Source: Octopus vulgaris
Lineage: Eukaryota
Direction of reading: 5' to 3'
DNA: 64,000 bases
Assembly (NCBI GenBank): GCA_951406725.2
Contig: OX597817.1
Coordinates: 105,772,001-105,836,000 of the forward strand
The notes beneath the pieces were generated by a model. That model was given only the letters and a program-made list of their open reading frames with translations, was not told the origin of the DNA and did not search any database. Positions 42,993 through 55,562 of the stretch are shown in pieces (the stretch's first letter is position 1; each line of letters starts with the position of its first letter). The translations under genes were made by a program, and so were the position numbers.

Positions 42993-43363
42993 GGCGTGCG
43001 CGCACACTCTGCAACAGAGAACATCAACATAGAGAGAATGCTGGCAGATATATATAAAATTAATATCTGAAGTCATTTTACACATCGCAGTTTCATTCTG
43101 GTGAAAACTCTATTCTGCCTGAAAGCACCAGAGAAATCACACCTGATGATAAGATGAGCCACGCATCAAAGAAACCTATAACTGAGGAAAGACAGTAATC
43201 CTATTTCTACCAATATGAGGGTTGCGCATAACTGGAATGTGTCAGGAACCCAATTTGCAAAACTTTTACTTCGATTGGGAGCAATGATTCAAACCAATAT
43301 TTTCATCTATTGGACAAAAAAAGAAGTTTTCGTTCTACTCATTCACTTCAACCAATAACTTAC

Positions 43364-43440
43364 ACTCTTTTCGTTGAAGTTCCTTCTTTTCCCAATGACA
43401 GCCTTTATCTATGACCTTCAACAAGTTTCAGGTACAGTCC
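43364..43440 (-). other. Candidate downstream exon of unit E (xTVPETC*)
   Basis: Acceptor cacctttag, donor gtaagt. Nucleotide similarity to the exon-like segment at 19256-19290. Confidence 0.35.
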
Positions 43441-43589
43441 CTAAAGGTGACTCGAGTTTAATTGACAAGTTCATGTTTCCCTTTCATGTATACTCAAGCG
43501 TTGGGTGAAGTAGACAATGTTTTGTGAGAACCCTTGCTTAATGAACACTTTTCTGTAACAGATACATTGATACCCAAACATATCTGTAT

Positions 43590-44015
43590 ACCTTTTATCT
43601 TTTACTTGTTTCTGTCATTAAACTGCGGCCATGCTGGGGTACCACCTTGGAGAACTTTAGTCGAAGAAATCGATCCTAGTACTTATTTTTAAGCCCGGTA
43701 CTTATTCTATCGGTTCTTTGGCCGAACCGCAAAGTTACGGGGACGTGAACACACAAACACCGGTTGTTAAGAATGGTGAAGGACAAGCACAAACTAAATA
43801 TAAGGACACGTAGTCAAACATACATATATTTACACGACATATATACATATATATATACACGACAGGCTTCTTTCAGTTTTCGTCTACCAAATCCACTTAC
43901 AAGGCTTTGATTGGCCCGGGACTATAGTAGAATACACTTGCCCAAGTTGCCACGCAGTGAGACTGAACCCGGGATCATGTGGTTGGGAAGCAAGCTTCTT
44001 ACTAGACACCTATGC
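43590..44015 (-). mobile_element. CORE-type SINE copy
   Basis: Colinear with the 14980-15436 copy. Confidence 0.85.
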
Positions 44016-44420
44016 CTGCATGCATGCATTTTAAAACTATATTTTTCGGTTAGAACGGAAGGCAGTGCCCATGACCTATTATGGAATCTTCCAAAACGGG
44101 TGAAACGAACAACAGTATTCTCAAGCAGTAAACCTAACCCGAATTCTTGTAACAACGTGGAGTTCGCTAAGGTACCCCGATGCAGATGGTGGTGTGAAAT
44201 CTACCACTCAAATAAGCCATGGAGAGATCGCAAAGAGCCAGAAAAATATCTGACTGTCCGACGCTCCCACAGTTCCGCCAATTTTTTTTTACCGATTCCA
44301 AAATGAAAGTCAAAGTCGATGCCGGTGGGATTTGAACTCCGAGCGAAGAGAAATGGAACAAATATCGCGCAGCGCGACATCTTAACGACTTTGTTAACTC
44401 GCTTGTCATCATGTTACTTG

Positions 44421-44631
44421 TACGAAGGGGTGCTGAGAAGCTCCTGGCTTTGGGGAAAGAAAATACAGGAGGATCAGTTAATTATGATTTTATTCAACAT
44501 ATGCCCCTCTCACATTCACACATTTATGGCAGCAGTCCTTCAGTATTTCTAAACCCTGTAAATGAACTTTGAACTTCAACAAGGCCATTGGCGAAACCCT
44601 TAAAACCAGGAACTTATCAGCACCCCTCGTA
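44421..44631. mobile_element. Mariner-type MITE
   Basis: TA-cgaaggggtgctgagaagctcctgg .. ccaggaacttatcagcacccctcg-TA terminal inverted repeats with TA duplication. Confidence 0.85.
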
Positions 44632-45333
44632 TGCTTTTCATTAATCCGTTTTTTAACAATTGATCCAATGTTTTACTGTGGGAATGCAAAACAAACCAGA
44701 CAAACATAAAAATACAGAAAAAATATTACAATAAAACAATGATAAAATACAAGAAAATATAGAAGATATAAAACAATAGAAAACGTGCTTGTATTCCTAA
44801 ATAGATTTATGTACAAAATGACTGAGGGAAGTTTCTCTAGGACGCCACACTTATGAAATATAATCAAGCGTGTCACCTACCGCCAATACTTAATGTAATG
44901 AGGGTAAGATCTAATTACTTATATTAAAGCAATAAAGAGAAGAGAACATTATCCTTCACATTGATACTATTTTAATCTGATCTTTATAAACTATAGATAT
45001 GTTTCCTTATTATTGTACCTCTTTAGCGAAGCATACTCTTCTGTTATTTGTCATATTTTGGATAAGAACATCACTATATTGATGTACAATAATCCACGCA
45101 AATAGGTACCAAAGTCCTCATAATGACTGATGAAAGTTACTAGAAGGATTATCTATATAAAAAAAAATGACCATCAGGAACCTTATTATCTAATAACTAA
45201 TTAATTGTTAATTATTAAGATATTATCTAATTAATTATTAATACTTATTCGGTGAAAAGAAAAATGTTTACTTCAATGACAATCTGATATTGGCAAGTAT
45301 GAAAAGATAATTCCAAGTATGTTTCTATCTTAC

Positions 45334-45428
45334 TAGACCTCCTTGGTGAAGCATAGCCTTCCTTGTGCTTGCCTCATATCTGGTAAGCGAGTCACTGCGA
45401 TTTATATGTCCGTAGATGTCGGGTGTAC
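45334..45428 (-). other. Exon-like segment (TPDIYGHINRSDSLTRYEASTRKAMLHQGGL) with a degenerate tandem copy at ~45017-45090
   Basis: Acceptor cttagcag|GTACACC (same first 7 nt as the 45991 exon), donor gtaaga, open in phase 1. Confidence 0.3.
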
Positions 45429-45743
45429 CTGCTAAGATCAGATTAAATTAATTTTAATCAGTGGTTTAATATATTTTTCTTTTCATTGCACAAATATTAT
45501 TAATTATTTTTTCCTTACTACATAAGTAAGGACCGATTTGAGTTCCCTTGACCTAATCTCTTAAGTAGACATTAAGTCACTGAAACATTTGTGTACACGT
45601 GTATTTAAGTATACATTAATTATGACAAATTTATATTGTTGGCATTTATGTGCAGTTTAATAGCTGAACATTTAAAACATTATTTTAATGCATCTACAGT
45701 TCTATATCATCCAGTGTTCGTATCTACAGTTCTATATTCTTAG

Positions 45744-45991
45744 CTAATTTGCACCCACAAAAGACATCTTTTGTTGTAAGTCTATATTCCTTTTTAGTTT
45801 CCGCATACTGAGGTTATCTTCCAGGGAATCTGGACGTGGCTTAACTGGTCTACTCAACTTTTTGTCGACATGCACTTGTAAGAAAGGATTCTTCTTGTTC
45901 TTGGGTGGAAGCTTTAAGCCACCTGTGTTCGTATTAAGGATTAAATCTTCAAATTCAATCGATTGTCTTCTGCGATAATGAGATGGTGTAC
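45744..45991 (-). CDS. Large 3' coding exon of unit E (TPSHYRRRQSIEFEDLILNTNTGGLKLPPKNKKNPFLQVHVDKKLSRPVKPRPDSLEDNLSMRKLKRNIDLQQKMSFVGAN*)
   Basis: Very strong acceptor ttttcttttttcttcttcag, phase 1, 82 codons open to TAG. ATTAAA lies ~60 nt downstream. An internal phase-1 donor CTCA|gtatgc near 45808 is an alternative end. Confidence 0.7.
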
Positions 45992-46497
45992 CTGAAGAAG
46001 AAAAAAGAAAATACTTAATATCTCAACGCATCAATTTGAGATATTATCTGTCAAACATATGGTCTTCTCTTGTGAGAGTAAACTGTTGATAGATGCTACT
46101 TGGAATATACAGATAGCGACTAAAGAACACCAAACCTCGCCCATAACTTATTTAATACAACCAGAATGCATCCCATATTTCTACGATGAAGAATTCTAAC
46201 CGAGACGTCTGACTTTCTTTCATCTCCAAGGTAAACTGATTTATTGCGTTTTTCAAACATTTTGTACGACCCGTTTTATCAGTTTGTGGTTTTAAGATCT
46301 GTTTCGAACAAATCCATATTTTTGTATGGAGTTAGTACCGTTTGCCGCGTTTATACGCATTTATGCCAAAGAGTCATCGATACAGTACTCCAACTGATCA
46401 AACACACTTAACGATTGTAGACCACCTCGGGTGTTAACATATATATCATAGTAGCAACAGCCCTTTAGGTCTCCATAAAAATAATATATATATATAT

Positions 46498-46662
46498 AGG
46501 TGCAGGCGTGGTTGTGTGGCAAGAAGCTTGCTTCCCAACCGCATGGTTCTGGGTTTAGTCGTCCCACTATGTGGGACCTTGGGCAAGTGCCTTCTGCGAA
46601 AGCCTCGGGCTGACCAAAGCCTTGTGAGTGGATTTGGTAGACGGAAACTGAAAGAAGAGTGT

Positions 46663-46718
<56 letters not shown>

Positions 46719-46970
46719 CATACATACAACATATATATATATATATATGGGGCGGGGTTGTGTCTGAGTTTGTTTCCCCATCACCACTTGACAACCAGTG
46801 TTGGTGTGTTTACGTCCCCGTAACTTAGAGGTTCGGCAAGAAAGACCGATAGAATAAATACTAGGCTTAAAAATTAAGTCCTGGGGCTGATTTGTTCGAC
46901 TAAAACCTTTCAAGGCGGTACCCCAGCATGGCTGCAGTCAAATGACTGAAAAAAGTAAAAGAATAAAAGA
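46498..46970 (+). mobile_element. Full-length CORE-type SINE copy
   Basis: ggtgcaggcgtggttgtgtggcaag head through the gaaaaaagtaaaagaataaaag tail. Confidence 0.88.
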
Positions 46971-47906
46971 ATATAATCACTATCATGCTAACATCCTGTT
47001 GACACTATTTGACGACGAAGTCTCATCGGCGGTATTCCAATGTCACTGTAGATTAAATATGGGTTGACGGTTACTGGTACTTTTGTAAAGAAATGGTTGT
47101 GCAAACTTAATCATATGCATACATCTTTATCATGTAGGTCACATTTCCATTTGGTATTTGTAAAGCAAATTTGAGAAATTGAAATGTGAAAAAACATTAA
47201 ACTTCGACCCGCGTTAGGTGTGGTACGTATGATGCTTCAACTTCTGCGTTTCCACTTGTCATTCATGAATTTTTTATTTATTCTCTGTTCATACCGTTCC
47301 CTTGTTTTAAATATTATTTTATTTTCCAAATTGAACAGACGATAAGTCTGGTAAATCCGATGGAACTCCAGACGAAATATACAACAGTATTTATTTTCCT
47401 ACATTTTGGCTTTGAGATCGCGTCTCCCATAGTTTTCTTTTTTTCTTTCTGTCTTTTTTTTTGTTTTTGCATTTCACATGGCAGAATCGTTAGGCAAGTG
47501 ATTCACAATAAATTGTTAGAATCGTTAGTGCGTTGGACAAATTGCTTGCAATGATTAGTTACGACTCTTTACATTTTGAATTTGCTCCCCCACCCCACTT
47601 AGTTGAATTTAACCTTCCAGGAGTCGATAAAATAAAGTACCAATGAAGTATTGAAGATCGATTTCCTACAAATATACAAGATACGAATGTATTTACAGTA
47701 TAAGATTCAAAAGACTCTTCTTTGCCCTCGTTTCCATAACAAACAAAACCAGCTTCTAAATAAGAAAACAATCCTTTTAATATTAAGATTGAATTTAAAT
47801 CTCCAAGGATAGTTATATTTAATCTTCCTAGATTCAAATCTTCACAGAGCCCCAATAAGATTTCGATGGGATACTCTTCTTTATGTATTACTTTGCTATG
47901 GCTTAC

Positions 47907-47954
47907 TCGGGAGAGAAAAGGCGGTGTCCATGACTCTTTTAAGAGCTCCTGTCA
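47907..47954 (-). CDS. 48-nt internal exon of unit E ((V)TGALKRVMDTAFSLP(S))
   Basis: Acceptor cattcttgctttctactag, donor CCGA|gtaagc. Open in phase 1-1 and joins both flanking exons in frame. Confidence 0.65.
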
Positions 47955-48881
47955 CTAGTAGAAAGCAAGAATGAAGTTATACTTAGACAGGGAATCTAGA
48001 CCCAAATGTCTGAAACAGAGTGGGCTTTACTTATGAACCAAGTGATGTTAAACCGGGTGATGAATTAAGTCCACTACACACAAACAACCCCTATGATAGG
48101 CTTCCATACAGTTTCTGTCGTTCAAACTTTATTCACACAGCTCTGGTTGACTCTAGTCTACGGTAGAAGACACCCAATATTCTGTGCAATGAACTGGAGC
48201 CTAAAGCCACATAGTTGCGAAACGAACTTCTTAACCACACGTCCATATTAAGTTTTGTAACTGAACTAGTTCATAAAAAGACTTACATTGTCGGAATCAA
48301 TTTTGCTCCATGTCAGACAGAGAGTATCACAAGTATTAGAAGGTTACATAATAAACATGCTATTTATACAGGGAGCGATGTTGAGTAAACATTAATTTAG
48401 TTTAATTGCTGATTTCAAACACGGACACATTCGGAGAGTTTGGGAGGTGATGTTTAGACGATGTAACCAACCCTCGTACTTGAGTGCTACTTGCTTTATT
48501 GACTTCGGAAAGTTGAAAAGAATGTCGACCTGGGTAGAGTTTACACTTAGAACGTAAAAACCTGCTTGAGTATTACAAGCATTTTGTCCGGTGTTCCACT
48601 TGTTTGCTATTGATTGCTTTCGGCATAGAACAGGAGTGTTCGTGTATGTTTATGCGTGTTTGAATGTGTGTGTGTATGTGTGTGTGTGTGTGTGTGCGTG
48701 TGTGTGGTGAAAGGTGTGTGTGTGGTGAAAGGTGTGCATGCTGTATGCATGTGTTTGAGTGTGTGTGTATTATACATTAATTGTATAAATGAAATATAAA
48801 GAACCACTACTATATTGTCATCTGCGAATTACTAGTTTTTTTTTTTTCTGTTCGTTAATTCACAGTGTATTCTTTCCTTAC

Positions 48882-49052
48882 CGTCTGTTTCAGTATGTGG
48901 ACCACGCGCTTTTTTCTCAGTCGATGTCGATGGTCTGAATGTGATAGGATATGGGTTGAGAACAACAGAGTCCCAATACTGATCTCCTTTCAACCCCGCT
49001 TTACTCATCAATCCTTCACTTTCTTCCCCGCCTTCTTTATCGTCGGTTTCTG
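48882..49052 (-). CDS. Exon of an unrecognised minus-strand gene (unit E); contains probable initiator ATG at 49008 (MSKAGLKGDQYWDSVVLNPYPITFRPSTSTEKKARGPHTETD)
   Basis: Minus-strand acceptor ttttctttgatttcattgcag (NAGNAG) and donor ACG|gtaagg. 171 nt, fully open, phase 1-1, non-repetitive and more GC-rich than its flanks. Confidence 0.75.
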
Positions 49053-51316
49053 CTGCAATGAAATCAAAGAAAACAGCGAGGAGATTATGTCAAAGAAAAA
49101 TAAACAATTTAAGCGAAATAGAATACACATGTTTCCTGGGAAATGTTACTGATTTTCAAGAAACTGCCCTGTCAGCAGACTCTGTGGTTTTTGTGAGGTA
49201 TCTTACTGCTCAAAGTTAGATCCTATCACAATTGCCATATTTCTTTTATCAATTTTAGTCTAGTGGCGATTGTTGAAGTACAAGAAGAAAACTCTTGATA
49301 AACCGAGTCTTGGATCTGGTTTTAATCCTTCGTTCAAGTGTTTTCTATTTCATTCAGGAAGCCACTAATAATATTAAGAAAAGTATGATGAAACCCATAT
49401 TACTATGTGAAGAGTACTTTTGATTTCTTGCGTTGGCTTTTGTAAGGAAGGGATTTGACAATGGAATCTAATCCAATTTGCTACTGGTATTTAGGAGGAG
49501 TCAAAATAGAACTGCAACAAAGCGGGATTTGAATTTGGACTTGAGAGGAAGAAACTAAATATTAGAAAGCGCTCTCTATAGTCAGCCATTGATCACCGCA
49601 ATCTTATTTCAGGTAATATTCAAACAATCACTTCGAAGATTGAACACAATCTAAGATTCGAATATTATTGTTAAACTTTGAAATGCATGTTTTGCACTAA
49701 ATTTAACTCCAAATCTGTACAAATTCTCCCCTTCTCTCATTGTCAAATTATTTATATGTATCGATAATCCTTTTATGTCCTCTTGAACTGTTACGATACA
49801 ATGTCTTCGTTTATTCCTTTTACTCTGATTCTTGTAATTTGTTACAACATTAAATTTTAGTAAGCTGAATCTATCCCAGTGTTCACTGTTATTTATTTTT
49901 ATTGACAACAAAAGAATGAAAATCAGTGTGAAAACCTGGTGAGATTTTGAATCATAAAGTCAAGATTAAAGTTTATACAGCATTTAATCTCCCGCTCTAC
50001 GGGATGTTATCAATTCATTCCAATCGTAATAACACTTCTTTTCCTAACAAACTACGTTAAAGGTATTTCTATTACCAAGAAACTGGAAGGTTGTATTTCT
50101 CTTAAACTACAATGTCATTCTAACATCTGTTCTTAGCATCCTCATTCTGGTTACTTTCAGAAAATATCATAAAAGTTTATTGTGTAATTATGTAGATTGG
50201 CTGAAACGAAGTAATTAAATATTTTTCTCAAAATTCCCATTAATCAAAACAGAATGACTAGAGTCTATATTGTTACGAACAAATTCTGTTAACTATTCAA
50301 CAATTACATCTTTGAATATTTGGAACGCTTTACGTATTTGAAAAGCGTTCAATATTTTAAACATTAGCATTAACAGATCTTAATCTCTCGATTATGATTT
50401 TCATTTGCACTTAGTTCGTCATTTATTCGATACACACACAATTCAACTAACATCGTTAGGGGTCAAGAACACGTGTTCATTTTTAAATGCTATAAATTGA
50501 TTTAAGATGGCGGCGAGCTGGTCGAAACGCTAGCACGCCGGGCGAAATGCTTAGCAGTATTTCGTCTGCCATTACGTTCTGAGTTCAAATTCCGCCGAGG
50601 TTGACTTTGCCTTTCATCCTTTCGGGGTCGATTAAATAAGTACCAGTTACGCACTGGGTCGATATAATCGACTTAATCCGTTTGTCTGTCCTTGTTTGTT
50701 CCCTCTGTGTTTAGCCCCTTGTGGGTAGTAAAGAAATAGGTATTTCGTCTGTCTTTACGTTCTGAGTTCAAATTCCGCCGAGGTCGACTTTGCCTTTCAT
50801 CCTTTCGGGGTCGACATATTAAGTACCAGTTGCGTCCTGGGGTCGATCTAATCGACTGGCCCCCTCCCCCAAACTTTCGGGCCTTGTGCCTACAGTAAAA
50901 AGTATAAATTGATTTTAGAATGTCGGTTATCATATAACCCCGTCTCCATCAGAACGAACGAGATATTTTCACATGTCTATGACAAAGCACATACAATCAC
51001 ATTCAAGTGGTATAAAAACTTCACCGACTTAAAATGCATATCGTCATTCCGAACGGTTTGGAAACTTTGCTCCACCATCGAGTAATATTATCTGTCTCCC
51101 TTATCGTTACTAGAATGGTCACTGATATATTTAATTTACTGACAGTACACTATTTACACTAGATATACCAATCTCCTCTCCACATCTAGGTGACTTGATA
51201 CAACCTACTTTCCCTAAAACTCAATGACTACATTCAGCTATGGTATTATATAGTCATTAAAATTTATGATCACTAGTTCTATCAACAGTCACTTATTAAT
51301 CTGGCGCTTGACTTAC

Positions 51317-51329
51317 TATACAGCCGAGC
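51317..51329 (-). other. Candidate upstream exon of unit E: 13-nt micro-exon, or 100 nt if the acceptor at 51416 is used
   Basis: tttttgtctttcag|GCTCGGCTGTATA|gtaagt. Ends in phase 1, compatible with the 49052 exon (ARLY). May be 5' UTR. Confidence 0.45.
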
Positions 51330-52192
51330 CTGAAAGACAAAAATGATGGAGACTTTCCCCTCTTTCACAGACAAACGATCAGACAAGTCAACTTCATTTG
51401 TTAAGAGTACACATCTCTGTTAGGTCAATTCCCAAGAGGAGATGGAATATCCAACAAAGTTTACAGACTTGTTTATCAACAATTTGTGATGTAAATAACT
51501 TTTGCCAGCTGATTTTGAAGAAACTCTTAACTGTATTGCTTATGACAGCATTATCTCAATTCAGTTATCGAATCGCGATTAAAATCGATATTTCTAATAT
51601 GAAATACATCCAGATTTACTGGTAAAAATTTAGTAATTTGCAATTGTGGAAAATAAGTTAATAAAAATAATTTCCCAACTATTCGTAAAATCACCTGAAA
51701 TTTAATGGTACTGTGTATTCAGATTACGGTATTGATAACAACTGATCACAAAATAAGTGAATCTACATCCGGAGATTACCACAGAAACCGTGAATTGTTT
51801 GCTGAGAATGTGATAAGATTAAATGTGAATAAATAAAATCTTCCATAGATTTCGAAAACTATCTTTTGCATATTTTATTTTTTCTGTTTTTTTTTTTAAA
51901 TCAGAATCTCAGAATAAATCTTTCATGAAAATAGTTACGTTAAGGATTTACGTCCATTATGTGGATAATGTTTACATTAAGCATGTTTCAGATATACCGA
52001 TGAAGTTTTGATAAGATTTCAAGCTAAAGAAGTTTGTAAAGATAATATTACAAAAATCGATTGTTTTAAATCAATAACTCAATATCAAAACGTGTTCTGT
52101 TTAAAGTTGTCTTAGAAAGTTTATACAAAAATCCATCCATCCATACAAACATACGTACGCACGTATACAGACAGACAGACAGACAACCAGCC

Positions 52193-52226
<34 letters not shown>

Positions 52227-53807
52227 GGTATACAGTCGCCAAGGAGAAGTGCTTAGCCATCCGTTGAGCTTCGAGTGGGAGGGTGTCTAATCAGATATGT
52301 TTTCTCTTCTTTGCAGGTACATAAATTTGTGTTTTTAAATTGATTATAATCAATTTAAAAACACAATTAAATTTGATCATAACAATGAAAATCACTGGGG
52401 AAAATATACCATTAAGTATATACGTGGGGCTGCGATTTTATTTCTATGTGAATTAAACAAAGAGGAGAAATATACCTTAATATATCTTGAACTAAATGAA
52501 CTAAAATTATACTGCCTAGGTTTCTGTGCGCATATCTACTACATAGCTCCTGGCAAATAGTTAAATGTGTCAGCTTATTACATTACAGCTAATAGAACAC
52601 TCTGATGGCACTTTTCATTACCTTTCTATGACATCTATTATTTCGTCGTGGTATATGAAGTGACCATTTCGTTTATTTATCTGTATTTCATTGATTTACA
52701 CACCAATAAATTATTATGACAGCAACTACTATATAGTGTGTGGCTTGAAGAACAACAACCTCTAGTTCAGCAGCGGCTGACGAGATGAATAGTTAGCTAA
52801 ACATCTAAATGCTCCCTCGTTGTAAGAATTCATATTTACAACGATATATCGCAGTAAATTTTCACATTTTCTTTTCATGGTATAATCGAGTTCCTTCATC
52901 TTGTTTAATTTTCATAAATTCATAGCACCGACTCTTTGTTGAGTTACTGCCCACTCTCATTGTACAAATATGTCGTCTAGACATACATAAAATTGTAGAA
53001 CCTTGGTTCATATACAACAATGGTTCACAACTTTTTGTAGCTCACAAAAAGGCGTTTTACAAATACCCCCTTTGCATATCCTGCAAAAAAAGTGGGTTAC
53101 TCTATTCAAATAGAAACTAAATTTATCCTATATTTTCTTATGCTGTCCCATCCAGCGTGCGCACCTCTTAGATATTAATATGGATTAGTGTCCCTCCCCC
53201 ATGCTAAATTTATATGGAAGCGACCAAAGAAGACGAAAACTAATATAATGAAATTATATTGTACTTTGATGTGTCATCAAGTTTTCTGCTCATTGACAAC
53301 ACAATGTCCGACTCATATTCTAATTCTGGCAAATAATTTTTTGTGAAAATGTGTTTAAAATATAAGTATTATCCTTAATTTGAAGAAAAATCACAACACC
53401 TCCAACATTCGATGCTACCACCACCTCCAGCTCTACCTTTGATATCTGCTGCTTTCTTGAGAGCTATTAATCAACATCCCCAAGGAGACGCAACTGCTTG
53501 GATTTAGGATCACTGATATTTAGTTATACTACTGTTGGTGCTCTGGATACGTTCCTACAAAGTACAGAGCTAAACGAATCAGCGTTATATGAACCAATAT
53601 AATATAGCACAAATGAGGCTACCAGTATGATATAAGGTTTTTAACAATGATACGAATGTAAATGGATATGACAGGCACTGCCAAACGTCTCGATCATCCA
53701 GAGAGAGACAGACAGAAAGAGGAGAGAGAGAGAGGGAGAGGGAGAGAGAGGGGACAGAACTCGTCATATACATCAATCTTATTCATCCTTATCATTCATC
53801 AAGCACT

Positions 53808-54384
53808 TTATAATTTAGATAATCTCACACATCTTGATCTACAATTAGAATAAAATTAGAAACTGGCTTTTAAGACTTGTCATTGCCAACTTACACACAC
53901 GCGCACACACTGAGTAATACTCCACTTATCGCTATCCGGTTCAGTTCCGATTTGCTATAACGCTCTATTTTTTTTTCTTGAAATCAACAATATTTTCAAT
54001 TAGATAACAATATGTTATAATAGTTGTTTATTGATATGTACGGAACTATAGTTCATACCCATGCATATTTCCTCGTACAGCTGAAGTGTTCAGACAGTTT
54101 CATATATACATCATGAATAGAAGACAGGCTGTTAACACTATGTGTTGAATGTTAATCTAAGATGGTGAGTAAAATCATGATAGTAGATGTTAAAATCGTA
54201 AGCTTTGACTCAATTGAAAGAAGGTGATGAACTTGGCAAAATTAGCGATTAGAACAAGCATGTAAAATGGAGGCGAAATAAAAATTTCCGCCATGATGAC
54301 ATCACTGTTATGAACAAGGAAGTTTCGTTCAAGGAGTAAACGTTTGTTTGGAGGATAAATGATAAGATTGATGTATATGACGAG

Positions 54385-54433
<49 letters not shown>

Positions 54434-54478
54434 TCTCCCTCCCTCCCCTTTCTGTTTGTCTCTCTCTCTCTCTCTCTC

Positions 54479-54518
<40 letters not shown>

Positions 54519-55128
54519 TATGAGAGATAATTAAAATTCGGTTAAATTTGGTACTTAAGTTGAGGCACCAAGTTAGTCCGGTATTATCCGCACAGCTCGA
54601 ATTAAGGTGAATAAAAGCAAATAGGAAAAACAAGGATGTAAAGGCATTAGTGCATTACGGCCGTTTCAGGCGGCTCTATTCAATCGAACAATGCAAGCAT
54701 TACATTAATTTGAAATAATCCGCCATCTTCGGATGCATAATATAGGTTTTCAACATACAGGCTATTCCATTATAATTTTTTGCAAATATTTCTGCCAGCT
54801 CGCCGCCTTTCTAAAAATTATAATGGAGTATCCTGCATATATTGGAAACCTATATTATGTATCCAAAGATGGTGGTATATTTCAAACTGATGTAATCCTT
54901 GCATTGTTCGATTAAATGGAGCCGCGTGTTTCAAACGCTGAGCGATTCGGTTGTACGTACGTATATGCATGAGTATGGACCATAGCTTCGTAGATATCAA
55001 TAAACGATTACTCTAATGCATTATCATCCCATTGAAAATATTGTTTTCAACAAAAAAGACCGCTAAAGCAAAGCGGAGCTGAACGCTAAGTGGGGCATTA
55101 CTCTGTGTGTGTTTCCGTGTGGCTGTGT

Positions 55129-55185
<57 letters not shown>

Positions 55186-55302
55186 CATGTGCGTGTGTGT
55201 CTGTGTGTGTCTGTGTGTGTGCGTAAGTTGGCAATGACAAGTGTTTAAACTCTAATTGTAGATCAAGATGCTTAATTTCACTGAGTGAGGTTATACAAAT
55301 TA
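53808..55302. promoter_or_regulatory. Degenerate palindrome, candidate divergent promoter / first-exon pair
   Basis: Arms 53808-54100 plus 54663-54780 mirror 54813-55302. Each arm has an outward-facing gtaagttggcaatgacaagt donor (53894 minus, 55223 plus) and a YY1-like CCGCCATCTT / AAGATGGTGG motif near the centre. Confidence 0.45.
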
Positions 55303-55346
55303 TATATATATATACATATACAATTGTAGAACACGACTGTCACTAC

Positions 55347-55388
55347 ATAAACCTGATGACTGCGTAAAGCATGAAAGTACTAGTTTGT
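55347..55388 (+). ncRNA. Type I minimal hammerhead ribozyme (Penelope-associated)
   Basis: ataaac-CTGATGA-c-tgc-gtaaa-gca-t-GAAA-gtac-TA-gtttgt: intact core, 6-bp stem I, 3-bp stem II, palindromic AGTACT helix III. Confidence 0.7.
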
Positions 55389-55526
55389 TTCAATATTGTA
55401 AAATTGTAAAAATTGCAAATAATAAAACGTGAAAATCAGACTAAGTTAGAATTTCATTGATTAATGCATATACATACATACATACATACATACATACATA
55501 CATACATACATACATACATACATACA

Positions 55527-55562
<36 letters not shown>

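Noticed and set aside
43143-43190. Hammerhead at ctgatga..gaaac
   Set aside because: Helix III/cleavage triplet and stem I cannot be formed convincingly.
46040-46145. Signal-peptide-like MGEVWCSLVAICIFQVASINS just upstream of the 45991 exon (neuropeptide precursor idea)
   Set aside because: Needs a 55-65 nt intron with a non-consensus donor. The 47907 and 48882 exons have far better sites and join in frame.
50505-50600. tRNA gene
   Set aside because: A/B-box-like head of a multi-copy SINE, with no complete cloverleaf.
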